Numbered from the stretch's first letter, positions 38,279 to 50,400 are shown. The stretch is DNA of 64,000 nucleotides from Ignavibacteria bacterium (GCA_036567745.1 DATCTW010000041.1:124260-188259); one strand, 5' to 3'. The notes: generated by a model not told the origin, from the letters alone. Made by a program: numbers and translations.

Positions 38279-40461
38279 TATTTTTTTTGACCTTATTAAC
38301 TTGTATAGTTAATGCTCAAGGATTGTATAAAATAAATGGTATAGTTGTAGATTCTGTAAGTAAGGAAGCACTTGTAAGTGCTACTGTTATAATTGAAGGG
38401 AAAAAGATCGGTACTATTACAAATCAATCAGGTTGGTTTGCTATTGAAATTAATGCATATGATAATTTATTAATTTCGTTAGTTGGATATAATACTAAGA
38501 GGGTTAAAGGTATTGATATAATTAAATCAGAAATGCCATATGTTGTGGTTTTGTCAGAAAGCCCTGTTTTATCAAAAGAAGTAGTCGCTGAAACTGAAAA
38601 TAGACGCGAGAAAAATCTTAGATTATTGGGATATGAACAATTGACTGCTAATCAAATAAAATATACACCTTCTTTTGGAGGTGAATCAGATATTATGAAA
38701 ACTATTCAAATGATTCCTGGTGTAACATCAGCTAATGAAAATTCTACAAAATTAAATATAAGAGGAGGTGAAAGTAATCAGAATTTAATTCTTATTGATG
38801 GAGTTCAAGCTTATAATCCAATGCATTTGTATGATTTTGTAAGTTCGTTTAATACAGATGCTATTAGTAATGTAGAACTTTTTAAGGGTTCAATATCATC
38901 TGAGTATTATGGAAAATTATCTTCTGTATTAAAGATTAACTTAAAAGAAGGCAATAAATATAAATTAAGATGGGGTGGGGGAATTAGTATTCTTTCATCA
39001 CAATTATATATTGAAGGTCCTATTAATCAGAATATTTCTTATATGTTTTCTTTAAGAAGAACTTACCTTGATTTAATTTTAAGATTGTCAAATTCAGATG
39101 CTGGCTATTCCTTTAATGACTTATATGGTAAAGTTACATATCAAATATCTAAAAAAAGTAAATTATTTCTAAGTGGTTATTGGGGTTTAGATTACGCAAC
39201 GGATTTTGGTAATGAATTAAATTATAATAAATGGGGAAATCATGTAATTCATCTGCGTTATAATTATATTTGGAATAATAATATTTTTAGTGATTTTTCT
39301 TTTTCTTATTCTAAATTTTTTACAAATTTCAATTGGGATATTTACCATAAAAGCCCTTATGTTATCGATTATTCATTTAAAAATTTGAATGATATCATAA
39401 TATCTAATAAAAATAGTATAAAAACAGGTGGAGATATTCATTTTTATGATTTTAAAATAACATCTGAGATGTTTTCAAGAACAAATGATATTAGTCATTT
39501 TATTAATTCTTATGAGGGTAATTTTTTTATAAATTGGAAACATAATTTTAGTGAAAAATTTATTTTCGAAATGGGAGCAGTTTATTCTTATTTTTCAGAA
39601 AATAAAACTAAGGAAAAATCATCGATTTTCGAACCAAGATTAAATTTATGTTATTATTTAAGCGATAATTTTTCTATAAAGGTTGCCTATACTCAAATGC
39701 ATCAGTTTATTCATTCTATAGCACCTTATAATTATTATCTGCCAAATGATATTTTTTATCCAACATCTGAAAAATTACCATACATGAAAGGTAATCAATT
39801 TACAATTGGATCATCGAAAGTATTTAATGTGTTAAATTCTGAATATGATGTTTCAATGGATTTATATTATAATGACATGAAAAATGTTCCTAACATAAAA
39901 AATCATTTTGATAATACAGATCCGTATCTATTACCAGATCAACTTACTATTGGAAAAGGGTGGGGATATGGCTTAGAGTTTCAATTAGCTAAAAAAGAAG
40001 GAAAGGTAAATGGTTGGATAAGTTATTGTTGGAATAGAGCTAAGAGGTTATTCGACGGTATAAATAATAATGAACCTTATGATCCAAAATTTCATAAAAC
40101 TCATCAACTAAACTTTGTTTTAAATTATAATATATCTGAAAAATTTAAATTAGGAGCCATTTATATAATTTCTTCTGGTCAGCCACTTACTTTGCCATCG
40201 CATAAATATTATATAGATGATAAACCTTATGTTTATTATGGTAATATTAATAGTTTTCGTTTGCCATATTATAGTAGGCTTGATCTGAATATTGTGTATT
40301 GTTTTAATATGTGGAATGGAAGTTGGGAATTGTTTGGTTCAATTTTTAATTTGTTAATGAGAAAAAATCCTTCATTTCTATATTTTGATATTAGCGAAGC
40401 ACGTTTTGAAAAAATTAGTCTTGGATTGATACCTACTATTGGAGTTAAATTTCATTATTAA
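38260..40461 (+). CDS. TonB-dependent receptor with N-terminal carboxypeptidase-regulatory-like domain
   Basis: 733 aa with a signal peptide and a CarbopepD_reg-like domain (YKINGIVVDSVSKEALVSATVIIEGKKIGTITNQSGWFAI). The plug region is PSFGGESDIMKTIQMIPGV...RGGESNQNLILIDG, followed by a beta-barrel ending in an aromatic residue (VKFHY). The start overlaps the upstream gene by 19 nt. Confidence 0.8.
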   Translation: MHKYKIIFFLTLLTCIVNAQGLYKINGIVVDSVSKEALVSATVIIEGKKIGTITNQSGWFAIEINAYDNLLISLVGYNTKRVKGIDIIKSEMPYVVVLSESPVLSKEVVAETENRREKNLRLLGYEQLTANQIKYTPSFGGESDIMKTIQMIPGVTSANENSTKLNIRGGESNQNLILIDGVQAYNPMHLYDFVSSFNTDAISNVELFKGSISSEYYGKLSSVLKINLKEGNKYKLRWGGGISILSSQLYIEGPINQNISYMFSLRRTYLDLILRLSNSDAGYSFNDLYGKVTYQISKKSKLFLSGYWGLDYATDFGNELNYNKWGNHVIHLRYNYIWNNNIFSDFSFSYSKFFTNFNWDIYHKSPYVIDYSFKNLNDIIISNKNSIKTGGDIHFYDFKITSEMFSRTNDISHFINSYEGNFFINWKHNFSEKFIFEMGAVYSYFSENKTKEKSSIFEPRLNLCYYLSDNFSIKVAYTQMHQFIHSIAPYNYYLPNDIFYPTSEKLPYMKGNQFTIGSSKVFNVLNSEYDVSMDLYYNDMKNVPNIKNHFDNTDPYLLPDQLTIGKGWGYGLEFQLAKKEGKVNGWISYCWNRAKRLFDGINNNEPYDPKFHKTHQLNFVLNYNISEKFKLGAIYIISSGQPLTLPSHKYYIDDKPYVYYGNINSFRLPYYSRLDLNIVYCFNMWNGSWELFGSIFNLLMRKNPSFLYFDISEARFEKISLGLIPTIGVKFHY

Positions 40462-40580
40462 TTTTATTTATGATAGGTAACTAATTTACAAAAATATGCG
40501 ATTTTTTGATAATATTATTTTTTAATGTAAAATAAAAAAAGGTGATTTATTATAGCTCTTTTAAAAAAAATTATAAAACT

Positions 40581-41324
40581 TTATTTTATCGATTTAGCAC
40601 TTAATTCAATATTAGTGCCGTTTTCTTTTTCAGTATATGTTTTGCGTTCCTTTATAGGGCCAACCCCTTCTGCAAACCAGATTTGATAATATGTGCCAGA
40701 TCTTAAAGTAACCCCTGCTATACTTAATGAGTAGTACATTTCAATTTTATTACATTTATATCCAGCGGTATTCTCAGGTACGCTTATTTTATCCTGATCG
40801 AATATATAATCCTGTATTTTAATATTTAGGGGAACAGGGTATTCTGTGTTTGATAAAGATGTTGAAACAGTAATAGTAGTATCAATAATTGTATAATAAG
40901 AAAGTGTGCCAGCTCCTCTTATGAAAACAGGTGCCCATTTATAAAATATTAATTTATTGTTATTTGATAATGGAAAGATAAACTTCATATAATAACTAAT
41001 AGTATCATCTGAAGCTGATTTGTAAACATAGGTTGTATCAGTTTTTTCAATAGAACCAGATATGTTATAGTAGGTTTCTAACATTGGGTACCCGATTCTA
41101 TCAATTACATATTTTGAAGATCCTATTTCTCTGATAAATTTTCTATCTGTACCTTCTATTTTTGTAAAACTTGAATCGAGATCATACATATTATACTCAA
41201 GTCTATTACCTTGAGTTAAAGGAAATAAATTATTACCAATTATTGGGTTATAACTATCATCTTTGCTACAGCCATAAATTGATAAAATCAATAAAATGAG
41301 AAATAGGATCTTTTTTTTATACAT
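40581..41324 (-). CDS. hypothetical lipoprotein
   Basis: 247 aa with lipobox LSIYGC and a beta-rich body. No family recognised. Confidence 0.55.
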   Translation of the reverse strand: MYKKKILFLILLILSIYGCSKDDSYNPIIGNNLFPLTQGNRLEYNMYDLDSSFTKIEGTDRKFIREIGSSKYVIDRIGYPMLETYYNISGSIEKTDTTYVYKSASDDTISYYMKFIFPLSNNNKLIFYKWAPVFIRGAGTLSYYTIIDTTITVSTSLSNTEYPVPLNIKIQDYIFDQDKISVPENTAGYKCNKIEMYYSLSIAGVTLRSGTYYQIWFAEGVGPIKERKTYTEKENGTNIELSAKSIK

Positions 41325-41330
41325 TTAGAT

Positions 41331-42254
<924 letters not shown>

Positions 42255-42284
42255 TTACCCCCATGCTCCTATAAAATAAATTAA

Positions 42285-42536
42285 TTAGTTTTGTATTACG
42301 TTAACGTAATTTCTTCCACCTGTGCTGTTAAAAAGTACTACACCATCTTTTAGTGCAAATAAGGTATCATCACTCCCTATACCTACGTTTTTACCCGGGT
42401 GATATTTTGTTCCTCTTTGTCTAACGATAATATTGCCAGCACGAACCTTCTCGCCGCCAAATTTCTTTACACCCAATCTTTGTGAATTACTATCTCTTCC
42501 GTTCCTTGATGAACCTACACCTTTTTTATGTGCCAT
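42285..42536 (-). CDS. rpmA: 50S ribosomal protein L27
   Basis: 83 aa, [28 protein letters not shown]... Confidence 0.95.
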   Translation of the reverse strand: MAHKKGVGSSRNGRDSNSQRLGVKKFGGEKVRAGNIIVRQRGTKYHPGKNVGIGSDDTLFALKDGVVLFNSTGGRNYVNVIQN

Positions 42537-42566
42537 AATAATCTCCGGAATTATTATTTTAAAATC

Positions 42567-42875
42567 TTAACTAATTTTACTAATTTCAATTTGAGTATAC
42601 TGTTGTCTGTGTCCTTTTAAAAGACGATAGCTTTTTCTTCTTTTTTTCTTAAAAACAAGAACTTTATCATCTTTTATGTGTTTTAATACTTTGGCTTCTA
42701 CTGTAGCGCTATCTACAAAAGGGGTGCCAATTTTAATATCGTTCTCTTTTTCAAGAAAAAGAACTTTCTCAAATTTTACATCCGTTCCTTCTTCATTCTT
42801 TAAATGAGGAACAAATATTTTATCCTTCTCTTTGACCTTAAATTGTTTACCGCTAATTTCTACAATTGCGTACAT
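42567..42875 (-). CDS. rplU: 50S ribosomal protein L21
   Basis: 102 aa, [22 protein letters not shown]... Confidence 0.95.
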   Translation of the reverse strand: MYAIVEISGKQFKVKEKDKIFVPHLKNEEGTDVKFEKVLFLEKENDIKIGTPFVDSATVEAKVLKHIKDDKVLVFKKKRRKSYRLLKGHRQQYTQIEISKIS

Positions 42876-43004
42876 CTAAATCGACTCCTTAATTTTGATT
42901 TTTTTAGACTCCAAATTTACCATTTTTTTTATTTAAAGTCAATGCTAATTGTCTTGTTTTTCGATGAATATATTAAAAATAATAAATATATGCTTATAAT
43001 CACA

Positions 43005-43853
43005 TTATTTAAAATTATTATATAAACAATATTTAATATTTTCTGCTTTTATATAAAAACTCAAACAAAATGAGTTATTTCGTCTTTTTATAATGTTTGT
43101 CATTCCCATAGAAACGCCTGCTATAGTTATCTTATTATTTTGTTCATAATAAACAAGACCCCCACTATAACCCGGTCTGAATTTGGGATTTTCGATATAT
43201 ATTTCATTTAAATTTATTACATTTTTATTTTTTTCGAATTTGATGATGTTTTGGTTATTTATTCTTTTAATGCCAATATCTTGTTCAATATCTCCTAAAG
43301 TTAAACCTCTTTCCCAATTAAATTTATTAACAAATGGAAAAGCAAGTATTTTTAATGAATCGATTTCATTGAGCTTTTGCGTTGAAAAATTGTTGATGTC
43401 TAATGCTTCATTCCAAAGAACTTCGTCATCTATTTGAATTCTTGTTAAAAATATTTCGGCGATAGCAATATCATAAGTATAAAAAGTTGTATCGTAATAT
43501 GTAAGATTTACTTTATCATCTGGATGGAATTTCCATTCGTTTTTGTAAATTGTATATTTTTTTACTGAGCAAACAATTTCTTTTCTTTTATCGTATTTTT
43601 TAGAAAAGTTAAACATGCAATCTGTCGCAGAGTCTTTTTCAATAACATGTTTTGCTGTAATTAAAAATAATCTGTTAGGATATTTAATACTATCTTTTAT
43701 TAAAATTGCGGTACCTGTAGGAATTTTATATTTTAAGCCATTTTCATCGGTATAGTTCGTAATTTTAACAATTGGTAAAATACTTCTTTTCAAGTTGTTT
43801 TCTGAAAAACAAATTGATACTATAATTATATATATTGTTATAATTTTTTTCAT
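43005..43853 (-). CDS. secreted trypsin-like (S1-type) serine peptidase
   Basis: Catalytic triad context is LITAKHVI (His), YDIAIAEI (Asp) and PGYSGGLVY (Ser). I start at the internal ATG 43853, which gives a clean signal peptide MKKIITIYIIIVSICFS. The ORF maximum is 43919. Confidence 0.6.
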   Translation of the reverse strand: MKKIITIYIIIVSICFSENNLKRSILPIVKITNYTDENGLKYKIPTGTAILIKDSIKYPNRLFLITAKHVIEKDSATDCMFNFSKKYDKRKEIVCSVKKYTIYKNEWKFHPDDKVNLTYYDTTFYTYDIAIAEIFLTRIQIDDEVLWNEALDINNFSTQKLNEIDSLKILAFPFVNKFNWERGLTLGDIEQDIGIKRINNQNIIKFEKNKNVINLNEIYIENPKFRPGYSGGLVYYEQNNKITIAGVSMGMTNIIKRRNNSFCLSFYIKAENIKYCLYNNFK

Positions 43854-43984
43854 AAAGTTAAAATAATTATAACCAATTATTTTGTCAATTCTAATTAGAT
43901 TAATTGATTTTTTTTTCAAATTTCCTTGATATTAAAAAAAAATATTTATAACTTATAATAACATTCAAAAAACTTAATAAACTT

Positions 43985-44440
43985 ATGGATGAATCAAAAA
44001 CAGAAGTTAATACTCAACCCAAAAAAATTAAAATTTTAGTTGTTGATGATGATCCTCAAATTAGAAGGTTGATCAAAGTAACATTGCAAAGTAAATTTAA
44101 TTTTGAAATACTTGAAGCTGAAAACGGTTTGGCTGCGTTACAGAAAATTGAGATTGAAAAACCTTTTTTAGTAATGCTTGATATAATGATGCCTGAGCTA
44201 AATGGAATTGAGTTAATTGAAAAACTTAAAGCGAATGAAGAAACAAAAGACGTTCCTATCATTATCTGTTCCGCTGTAAATGATAGAAGTAGAGTAATTG
44301 AGTTATTTAATAAAGGAGTGGCTGATTATATAGTAAAACCTATAAACCCAATTATCTTATCCAACAAAATAACACAATATATTAAGATATATTTAGATAA
44401 GATTATTAAGAAAGGTCCGGTATCAAACGAAAAACAATAA
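43985..44440 (+). CDS. stand-alone response regulator receiver domain (CheY-like)
   Basis: 151 aa with KILVVDDDPQIRRLI, the phospho-acceptor context LVMLDIMMPELNG, and a conserved CSA...K pattern. Confidence 0.85.
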   Translation: MDESKTEVNTQPKKIKILVVDDDPQIRRLIKVTLQSKFNFEILEAENGLAALQKIEIEKPFLVMLDIMMPELNGIELIEKLKANEETKDVPIIICSAVNDRSRVIELFNKGVADYIVKPINPIILSNKITQYIKIYLDKIIKKGPVSNEKQ

Positions 44441-44452
44441 TTTTATATAATA

Positions 44453-44493
44453 ATGTTTCAATACTCTTTAATATCTAAAAAGTATTGAAACAT
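44453..44493. terminator. bidirectional terminator hairpin between convergent genes
   Basis: A perfect 13-bp stem: ATGTTTCAATACT (44453-44465) pairs with AGTATTGAAACAT (44481-44493), with a 15-nt loop. Confidence 0.5.
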
Positions 44494-44510
44494 TATATGT
44501 TATTTAAGTT

Positions 44511-44912
44511 TTATTTTTTGTCTTTTAAAAATGCTCCAAGTAGTTTATCAACCTTGTTAACGTGATTATACCACCAATCAACTAATAATGGTTGTGCTTC
44601 AACGACGATTGTTGAGGTAACTCCCTCTTTATCAAGTCTTGTTTTTAAATCTTTAAATTGATTTGTAAATGATTCGTGTTGTTTTTTATGTGAATCATAC
44701 TCTGGATATTTATGGGCAGTCATTAATCTTTCTTCAGTTCCAAAATGAACAACCAGATATTGGTTCACAAATTTAAATGTCTCTTCGATTACATCTCTTC
44801 CTTTCCCAGCTTTCATTGCTTCGATGAGCTTATTAATCCTATCAAATAGTTCTTTGTGCTGATCATCAATTTGATCATTTCCAGTAGAAAGGTTTTGACT
44901 CCATACTAACAT
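44511..44912 (-). CDS. bacteriohemerythrin
   Basis: 133 aa. WSQNLSTGNDQIDDQHKELF, HFGTEE and HKKQH match the His/Glu iron ligand pattern of the hemerythrin family. Confidence 0.85.
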   Translation of the reverse strand: MLVWSQNLSTGNDQIDDQHKELFDRINKLIEAMKAGKGRDVIEETFKFVNQYLVVHFGTEERLMTAHKYPEYDSHKKQHESFTNQFKDLKTRLDKEGVTSTIVVEAQPLLVDWWYNHVNKVDKLLGAFLKDKK

Positions 44913-45076
44913 AAGGCCTCCAAATGATTATTGATTTTTACATAAATAATGTAAAAAATTTAAACAAAATTATCAAGAAAATTCTTGTTTTATTAGGTTT
45001 TTCAATAGCTACAAGTTTTTAATTTGACTTTTTCCCAATTTTTGATTATTATAGTATACTTTATTGGAATTTTTTT

Positions 45077-45997
45077 ATGAATAACGTTCTAAGAGTTATT
45101 TTAATTATTGTTGGTATATTTGTTGGATTAGCATTTCTTTCTGTAGGTATAGGACTTTTTGTTCTTGCTGATGCTATCACTTCACCTCTGGATATGGGTG
45201 AGGAAGATATTTCTGGTGCTACAGGTCCAAGAGTTGCTGTTGTAGAAGTAAAAGATATAATTTCATCTTCGGAAGATATTATTAGGCAACTGAAAAAATA
45301 CCAAAAAAATAAAAATGTTAGAGCTATTGTTGTTAGAGTTGAATCTCCCGGTGGTGGTATAGCTCCAAGTCAGGAAATATATGAAGAAATTAAGAAAATA
45401 AAAGATTCTGGTAAACCTGTAATTGTTTCTATGGGTAGCCTTGCTGCTAGTGGAGGTTATTATATCTCTTTAGGTGCTTCTAAGATTTTTGCTAATCCCG
45501 GTACTTTAACAGGTTCCATAGGTGTTATATTGGAATATCCCAATTTTAACCAATTGATGGATAAAGTTGGTATAAATATGACAACAATTAAAAGTGGTAA
45601 AATGAAAGATGCAGGTTCTCCTTTTAGAAAAGCTAATGAGGAGGATCAAAGGTATTTCCAACAATTGATTGATAATGGCTATGAACAATTTATTGAAGCT
45701 GTTATGTTAGAAAGGAAAATAAGTAGAAGTGAAATAATTAAACTTGCAGATGGTAGAGTCTTTACTGGAAAACAGGCTTACGAAAATAATTTGGTTGATA
45801 CTTTGGGTACATTTGAAGATGCCATCTTGTATGCAGCAAAACTTGGAAATATTGAAGGAGAACCAAAAATCTTAAAAGAAAAGAAAAAACAAACTTTTCT
45901 TGACTTAATGGTATCGAAAATATTTGGTAAACCTATAGGTGAAACAACAGGTATTTTAGGTTCACCGAATTTACAATATAAATTTTCAATCTATTAA
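45077..45997 (+). CDS. sppA: signal peptide peptidase SppA, 36K type (S49)
   Basis: 306 aa with an N-terminal TM, RVESPGGG, MGSLAASGGYYIS (Ser nucleophile) and KSGKMKD (Lys) motifs. Confidence 0.85.
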   Translation: MNNVLRVILIIVGIFVGLAFLSVGIGLFVLADAITSPLDMGEEDISGATGPRVAVVEVKDIISSSEDIIRQLKKYQKNKNVRAIVVRVESPGGGIAPSQEIYEEIKKIKDSGKPVIVSMGSLAASGGYYISLGASKIFANPGTLTGSIGVILEYPNFNQLMDKVGINMTTIKSGKMKDAGSPFRKANEEDQRYFQQLIDNGYEQFIEAVMLERKISRSEIIKLADGRVFTGKQAYENNLVDTLGTFEDAILYAAKLGNIEGEPKILKEKKKQTFLDLMVSKIFGKPIGETTGILGSPNLQYKFSIY

Positions 45998-46011
45998 TTT
46001 ATAGGTTATCT

Positions 46012-46323
46012 ATGACAAAAGCTGATATTGTAAACAAAGTTGCTGAAGCTACTGGTATTACTAAAACTGAAACAGAAGCTGTTATTGATGGCTTCATTAT
46101 TACAATTATTAATGCTTTAAAAAATGGTGAAAGTGTTGATTTGAGAGGATTCGCAACTTTTTCCGTTAAAAAAAGAAAATCAAAGATAGCGCGTAACCCA
46201 AAAACCGGTGAAACAATCGAACTAAAAGAACGATACGTTCCAACTGCCAAAATTTCAAAACAGTTTAAACTTGCTGTAAGTGAAAGCTTGAAAGTTGAAG
46301 ATAATAAAAGTGAAACAGAATAA
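46012..46323 (+). CDS. hup: HU family DNA-binding protein
   Basis: 103 aa, MTKADIVNKVAEATGITKTETEAVIDGF...RNPKTGE. Confidence 0.9.
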   Translation: MTKADIVNKVAEATGITKTETEAVIDGFIITIINALKNGESVDLRGFATFSVKKRKSKIARNPKTGETIELKERYVPTAKISKQFKLAVSESLKVEDNKSETE

Positions 46324-46329
46324 AGTTGT

Positions 46330-47040
46330 ATGTCACAAAAAGATAATGTAAATAATATTATATGCCCGAACTGTAAAAAAGTAGTTAGATCTGATGACTC
46401 CTTTTGCAGATATTGTGGTTTTGAATTGAAACCCAAAGATTCTATTGTATATATCGATTCTAAAAAGAATTTGTCAAATAGATTGGTTTTAATCTTTTCG
46501 TTTTTGTTGTTATTATTAGTTGCTTTGATTTTTATTATAAATAAGAATCTTAAAAATAATACCAATAACTTGAAAACAGATGTAAATACTGAACAGGTGC
46601 CTTCTACTCAACTAATTAACCAACAGAAAATATCAGAATTAAAGGCTATTGTTGAAAGAAATCCTAAGGATTTAGATAATCTTATTTCTTTAGCAAATTT
46701 ACTTCATGATTCTGATTTACCTGCGGAAGCAATTATTTATTATAAGAAATATCTTGAATTAAACAATAAAAATGCTGATGCAATGGTAGATATGGCTATT
46801 TGTTATTTTAATTTGGGTGATAATGAAACCGCAAAAAAACAGATTAATGAAGCTATAAAGATTTCTCCTCAACATCAAAAGGCTTATTTCAATTTAGGAG
46901 TTATCTATCTTAATGAAGGTAATGTAAAGGAATCAAATAATTATTTTCAAAAATGTTTTGATATTAATCCACTTTCACCTACTGGTATTCAGGCGAAAGA
47001 AATTTTAGAACAACATAAAAATATTAAATTAAATAAATAA
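46330..47040 (+). CDS. zinc-ribbon / single-TM / TPR repeat protein
   Basis: 236 aa with CPNCKKVVRSDDSFCRYCG, a TM helix LVLIFSFLLLLLVALIFII, and three TPR-like repeats (AIIYYKKYLELN..., AICYFNLGD..., AYFNLGVIYL...). Confidence 0.7.
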   Translation: MSQKDNVNNIICPNCKKVVRSDDSFCRYCGFELKPKDSIVYIDSKKNLSNRLVLIFSFLLLLLVALIFIINKNLKNNTNNLKTDVNTEQVPSTQLINQQKISELKAIVERNPKDLDNLISLANLLHDSDLPAEAIIYYKKYLELNNKNADAMVDMAICYFNLGDNETAKKQINEAIKISPQHQKAYFNLGVIYLNEGNVKESNNYFQKCFDINPLSPTGIQAKEILEQHKNIKLNK

Positions 47041-47068
47041 TTAATTCTATCGATTTATAGGAGGAAAG

Positions 47069-47164
47069 ATGCCCTGCGGGAAGAAAAGGAAAAGACATAA
47101 AATGGCTACGCATAAGAGAAAAAAAAGACTTAGAAAGATGCGTCATAAAAAGAAAAACCGCTAG
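47069..47164 (+). CDS. bS22-type (AURKAIP1-like) mini ribosomal protein, 31 aa; below the ORF-track size cut-off
   Basis: AGGAGG (47059-47064) lies 4 nt before the ATG. Translation is MPCGKKRKRHKMATHKRKKRLRKMRHKKKNR*. From memory this closely matches the extremely basic ~30-aa bS22 proteins of Bacteroidota (MPSGKKRKRHK.ATHKRKKR...). Confidence 0.7.
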   Translation: MPCGKKRKRHKMATHKRKKRLRKMRHKKKNR

Positions 47165-47177
47165 GATTTTTTGAATA

Positions 47178-47205
47178 GCTGCCAGAATTAGCTTATTTTG
47201 GCAGC
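47178..47205 (+). terminator. possible terminator hairpin after the bS22-like ORF
   Basis: GCTGCCA (47178-47184) pairs with TGGCAGC (47199-47205). There is no immediate T-tract, so the call is weak. Confidence 0.3.
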
Positions 47206-47393
47206 CATACCTTACCTTTTTATTTTATTTCTGTAAATTTATCCATATCTTACTTTATCGAAAATATAATTAAAATAAAAATTTTCGATTAGTACTTAAC
47301 ACATATCTACTAAATAGTTATTATTCTTTTTTTGCTTTTTTGGGAACCATGATACGTGAAAAATAGTATAAAAAGAGTCAGAAAAAAATATAG

Positions 47394-47422
47394 TTGACTT
47401 TAAGTAATAATTTCTTTATTAT
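47394..47422 (+). promoter_or_regulatory. candidate sigma70-like promoter for the 1391-aa T9SS cargo gene
   Basis: TTGACT (47394-47399), a 17-nt spacer, then TATTAT (47417-47422), about 57 nt upstream of the start codon. -10-like hexamers are frequent in AT-rich DNA and the promoter consensus of this lineage is unknown. Confidence 0.3.
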
Positions 47423-47478
47423 AATTAAGAGACAGTTTCCAATTTTCCAAAAATTTTTTACTCTAATTTAAGGAGGTT

Positions 47479-50400
47479 GTGATGAGGGTATTAATAAAAG
47501 TATTATCCTTATTCTTACTATGTATTTCTTTTTTATTTTCTCAAAATGTTACGAACGATATTCAAAAATTGAGAAATGGATACTTACCCGAAAATAATGG
47601 TGATTATCAGAACAAGCTAAACACAATTGCTAAGGTTCAAAATAACAGAATAACCTGGAAAACAGGGACTGGTACATACCTTGATAGTTATATATGTTAT
47701 GGAGATGCCGCTGATCCAATCAAGTTCACAATATTAATTGATCGTGATGTAAAAGATTTAAAAAATATTAAACTTACTTTGAGTGTTTGGGATGTAGATG
47801 AAGCTCAAGGCGAAGTGGATGTTGTATCTATAAATGGACATGCTGTTGGTATTCTGCACGGTGCAAATGATTCCTGGAGTGTTAACAACTATACATTAAC
47901 CCCAAGTATGTTAGTAGGGGGCACTCCACAAAACCCGGGTGTTAATGAGATTGTAGTTGATTTAACTGTGAGCGGATGGTGTGTAACAGTTGATTGGGGA
48001 GCAATATCAGCCGATGGCGATGAATTTAATGTTGTATCTCATACTCCATTAAATAAACAAACAGGAGTAGATTTCGAGAAACCTGATATTAAGGCTGTTT
48101 TTAATTTGGAACCTGATTCAAAGACAATTAACTCCAATACTTTTGTCGTTTCTTATTGGGATAAGAATAATATGTCTGTGCCAATTTCAGGTTCTTATTC
48201 AGTTGATTCAAAAACTAATACCGTTACTTTTACTCCTTCTTCTAAATTGTTGGATGGTGTAAAGTATAAAGTTGAGATTAAAGGTGGTACTAATGGCGTT
48301 AAAAGCACTTCTGGTGCTACTATGAAAAAGGCTAAGGTTTTCTATTTTACAACTGTTCCTGAAATTACTGTTGAAAAAGTTGTACCTGTTCAAACTGCTG
48401 AAGGCGCAAATATGATTGCTTTCAAAAATGGTGTTGTAAGAGTTTATGCTTATATAGATGTAAAGCAAAATGTTGCCTTAAATGGCCAGGTTGATAAAAT
48501 TGATAATGTTGATGTTAAACTTGAACAACCTGGATATGTAATTGGTACAAAAAAAGTAACAATAAAGCGTAAAGATAAGTTTACTAAACGTGAGTTAACG
48601 CAAGGGACTTTTACCATTAACTTTTTCGATTGGTTCCCACCTGCAGGGGGTAGTTCATTAACAGCAACTGTTGGAGTTACTTCGTCTTCTAATACTTATA
48701 GAGAATATAAAGTAACAAACACTTACACGACATTGTCAAAGTTTAAGGATCTTAAATATGTTGTTCAACCCGTACTGGTTGGTTCTTGGAAAACATCACC
48801 ACCTGCTTCTTTCCCAAATTTAAGCTTCTTTAATGGTTCTGATGTTTTTACTTATCAAATATTCCCTGTTTCAAGTGTATCGCATAGTACTTTACCTGCT
48901 TTGCCTATAAGTCAGCCAGCGTATAGCCCGATGGATCAGCAAACTTATGTGTTTTGGGAATTACATAATTCAAGAATAAGGAATTCATCAACTTCTGATT
49001 TTATTGCAGGTTATACCCCAAGCGGATGGCTTGGTGCCATAGGTTACTCTTCATTTCTTTTTGGTGATGTAATTGCTATTGATGAGGTATTCTGGGATGT
49101 AATACCAACACACGAGTTTGCTCATAATTCAAATTATCTTGGTACAGGTCATACAGATGGGCCTATTGGCTCACTTCAAACATGGACTATCGAAGGCTTT
49201 AAAATATATCCCGGTGGCAGTAGTGGAGAACAATATTCAAAAAAATATGGTGTATTCCCAGCTGGTGTACCTTTAAGCTTTATGAATACTGATCCACCAC
49301 CAAATCATTTAGCATGGATTACAAATGAAGACTATAATACCTTATTAAATAGATTACCAAAGATTGGTAACGGTAAAAACTTAGAAAAAACTATGCTGGC
49401 AGAAGTAATGATATTAGGTGGTTATCTCAGTTCTTCTGATAATGTGATTTTAGAACCTATACAAAGACAAAATTACACTGTTGTTAACTTTTCAAATTCT
49501 GGAAGCTACTCTATTGAACAACTTAATTCTTCTAATAGTGTGCTAGCCACTAACAATTTTAACCCTTCACCTGAGTTTACTGGTAAAGATGGCTTGAAAT
49601 ATCGTTACTTTAGTGAGGTAATACCTTACAATGCACAAGCTACAAAAATTAGAATCAAAAAAGGATCAACAGTTTTAAAGGAAATTGTTAAATCAAATAA
49701 TGCACCTGTGGTAAGCATTACTTCACCAACAACAAATGCTATATGGTCTGGTAGTAGAACAATAACATGGACGGCTTCGGATGCTGATAAAGATACACTT
49801 TATTATGATATAAAATATAGCAGTGATGGCGGAACCAATTGGATACTACTCGCCAGAAATTATCAGGGTAATTCTCTCAATATTAATACTAATACTTTAA
49901 CAAATAGCAACAACGCTGTAATTAGTGTAACTGCAACCGATGGTTTTAATTGTACAACTTCTACAGCTAGTTTTTCTGTTGCTAATGGATTGACTGTTAT
50001 TAGTACACTACCTCAAAATAATGCTACAAATGTATCTACTAAAACAGCTATTACTTTCTGGTTATCTTCTAAAATTAAATCTTCTGATGTTACATCTTCA
50101 ATTTTTACCTTAACACAAAACATGACAACAATTAATGGAACTTTAAAGTATAACAATATTGATAACTCAATTACCTTTACTCCTTCAGCTGATTTAACCC
50201 CCGGTTTAAATTACGTTGCCAGATTAAAGGCTGGTTTAAAAGATTCTCTTAATAACCAACTTGCTAATGATTATGTGATTAGTTTCTATGTTCAAAATGA
50301 TTCTAGTTTGTATGTAGATTCACATTCACCACAGGCATTTGAACAATCTGTACCTGTAAATAGTTCAATTACTGTTTACTTCTCTAATTCAGTGAATTCA

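Noticed and set aside
45999-46565. 188-aa minus-strand ORF
   Set aside because: It lies antisense to the well-supported hup gene and to the start of the zinc-ribbon/TPR gene. Its product is low complexity with no RBS.
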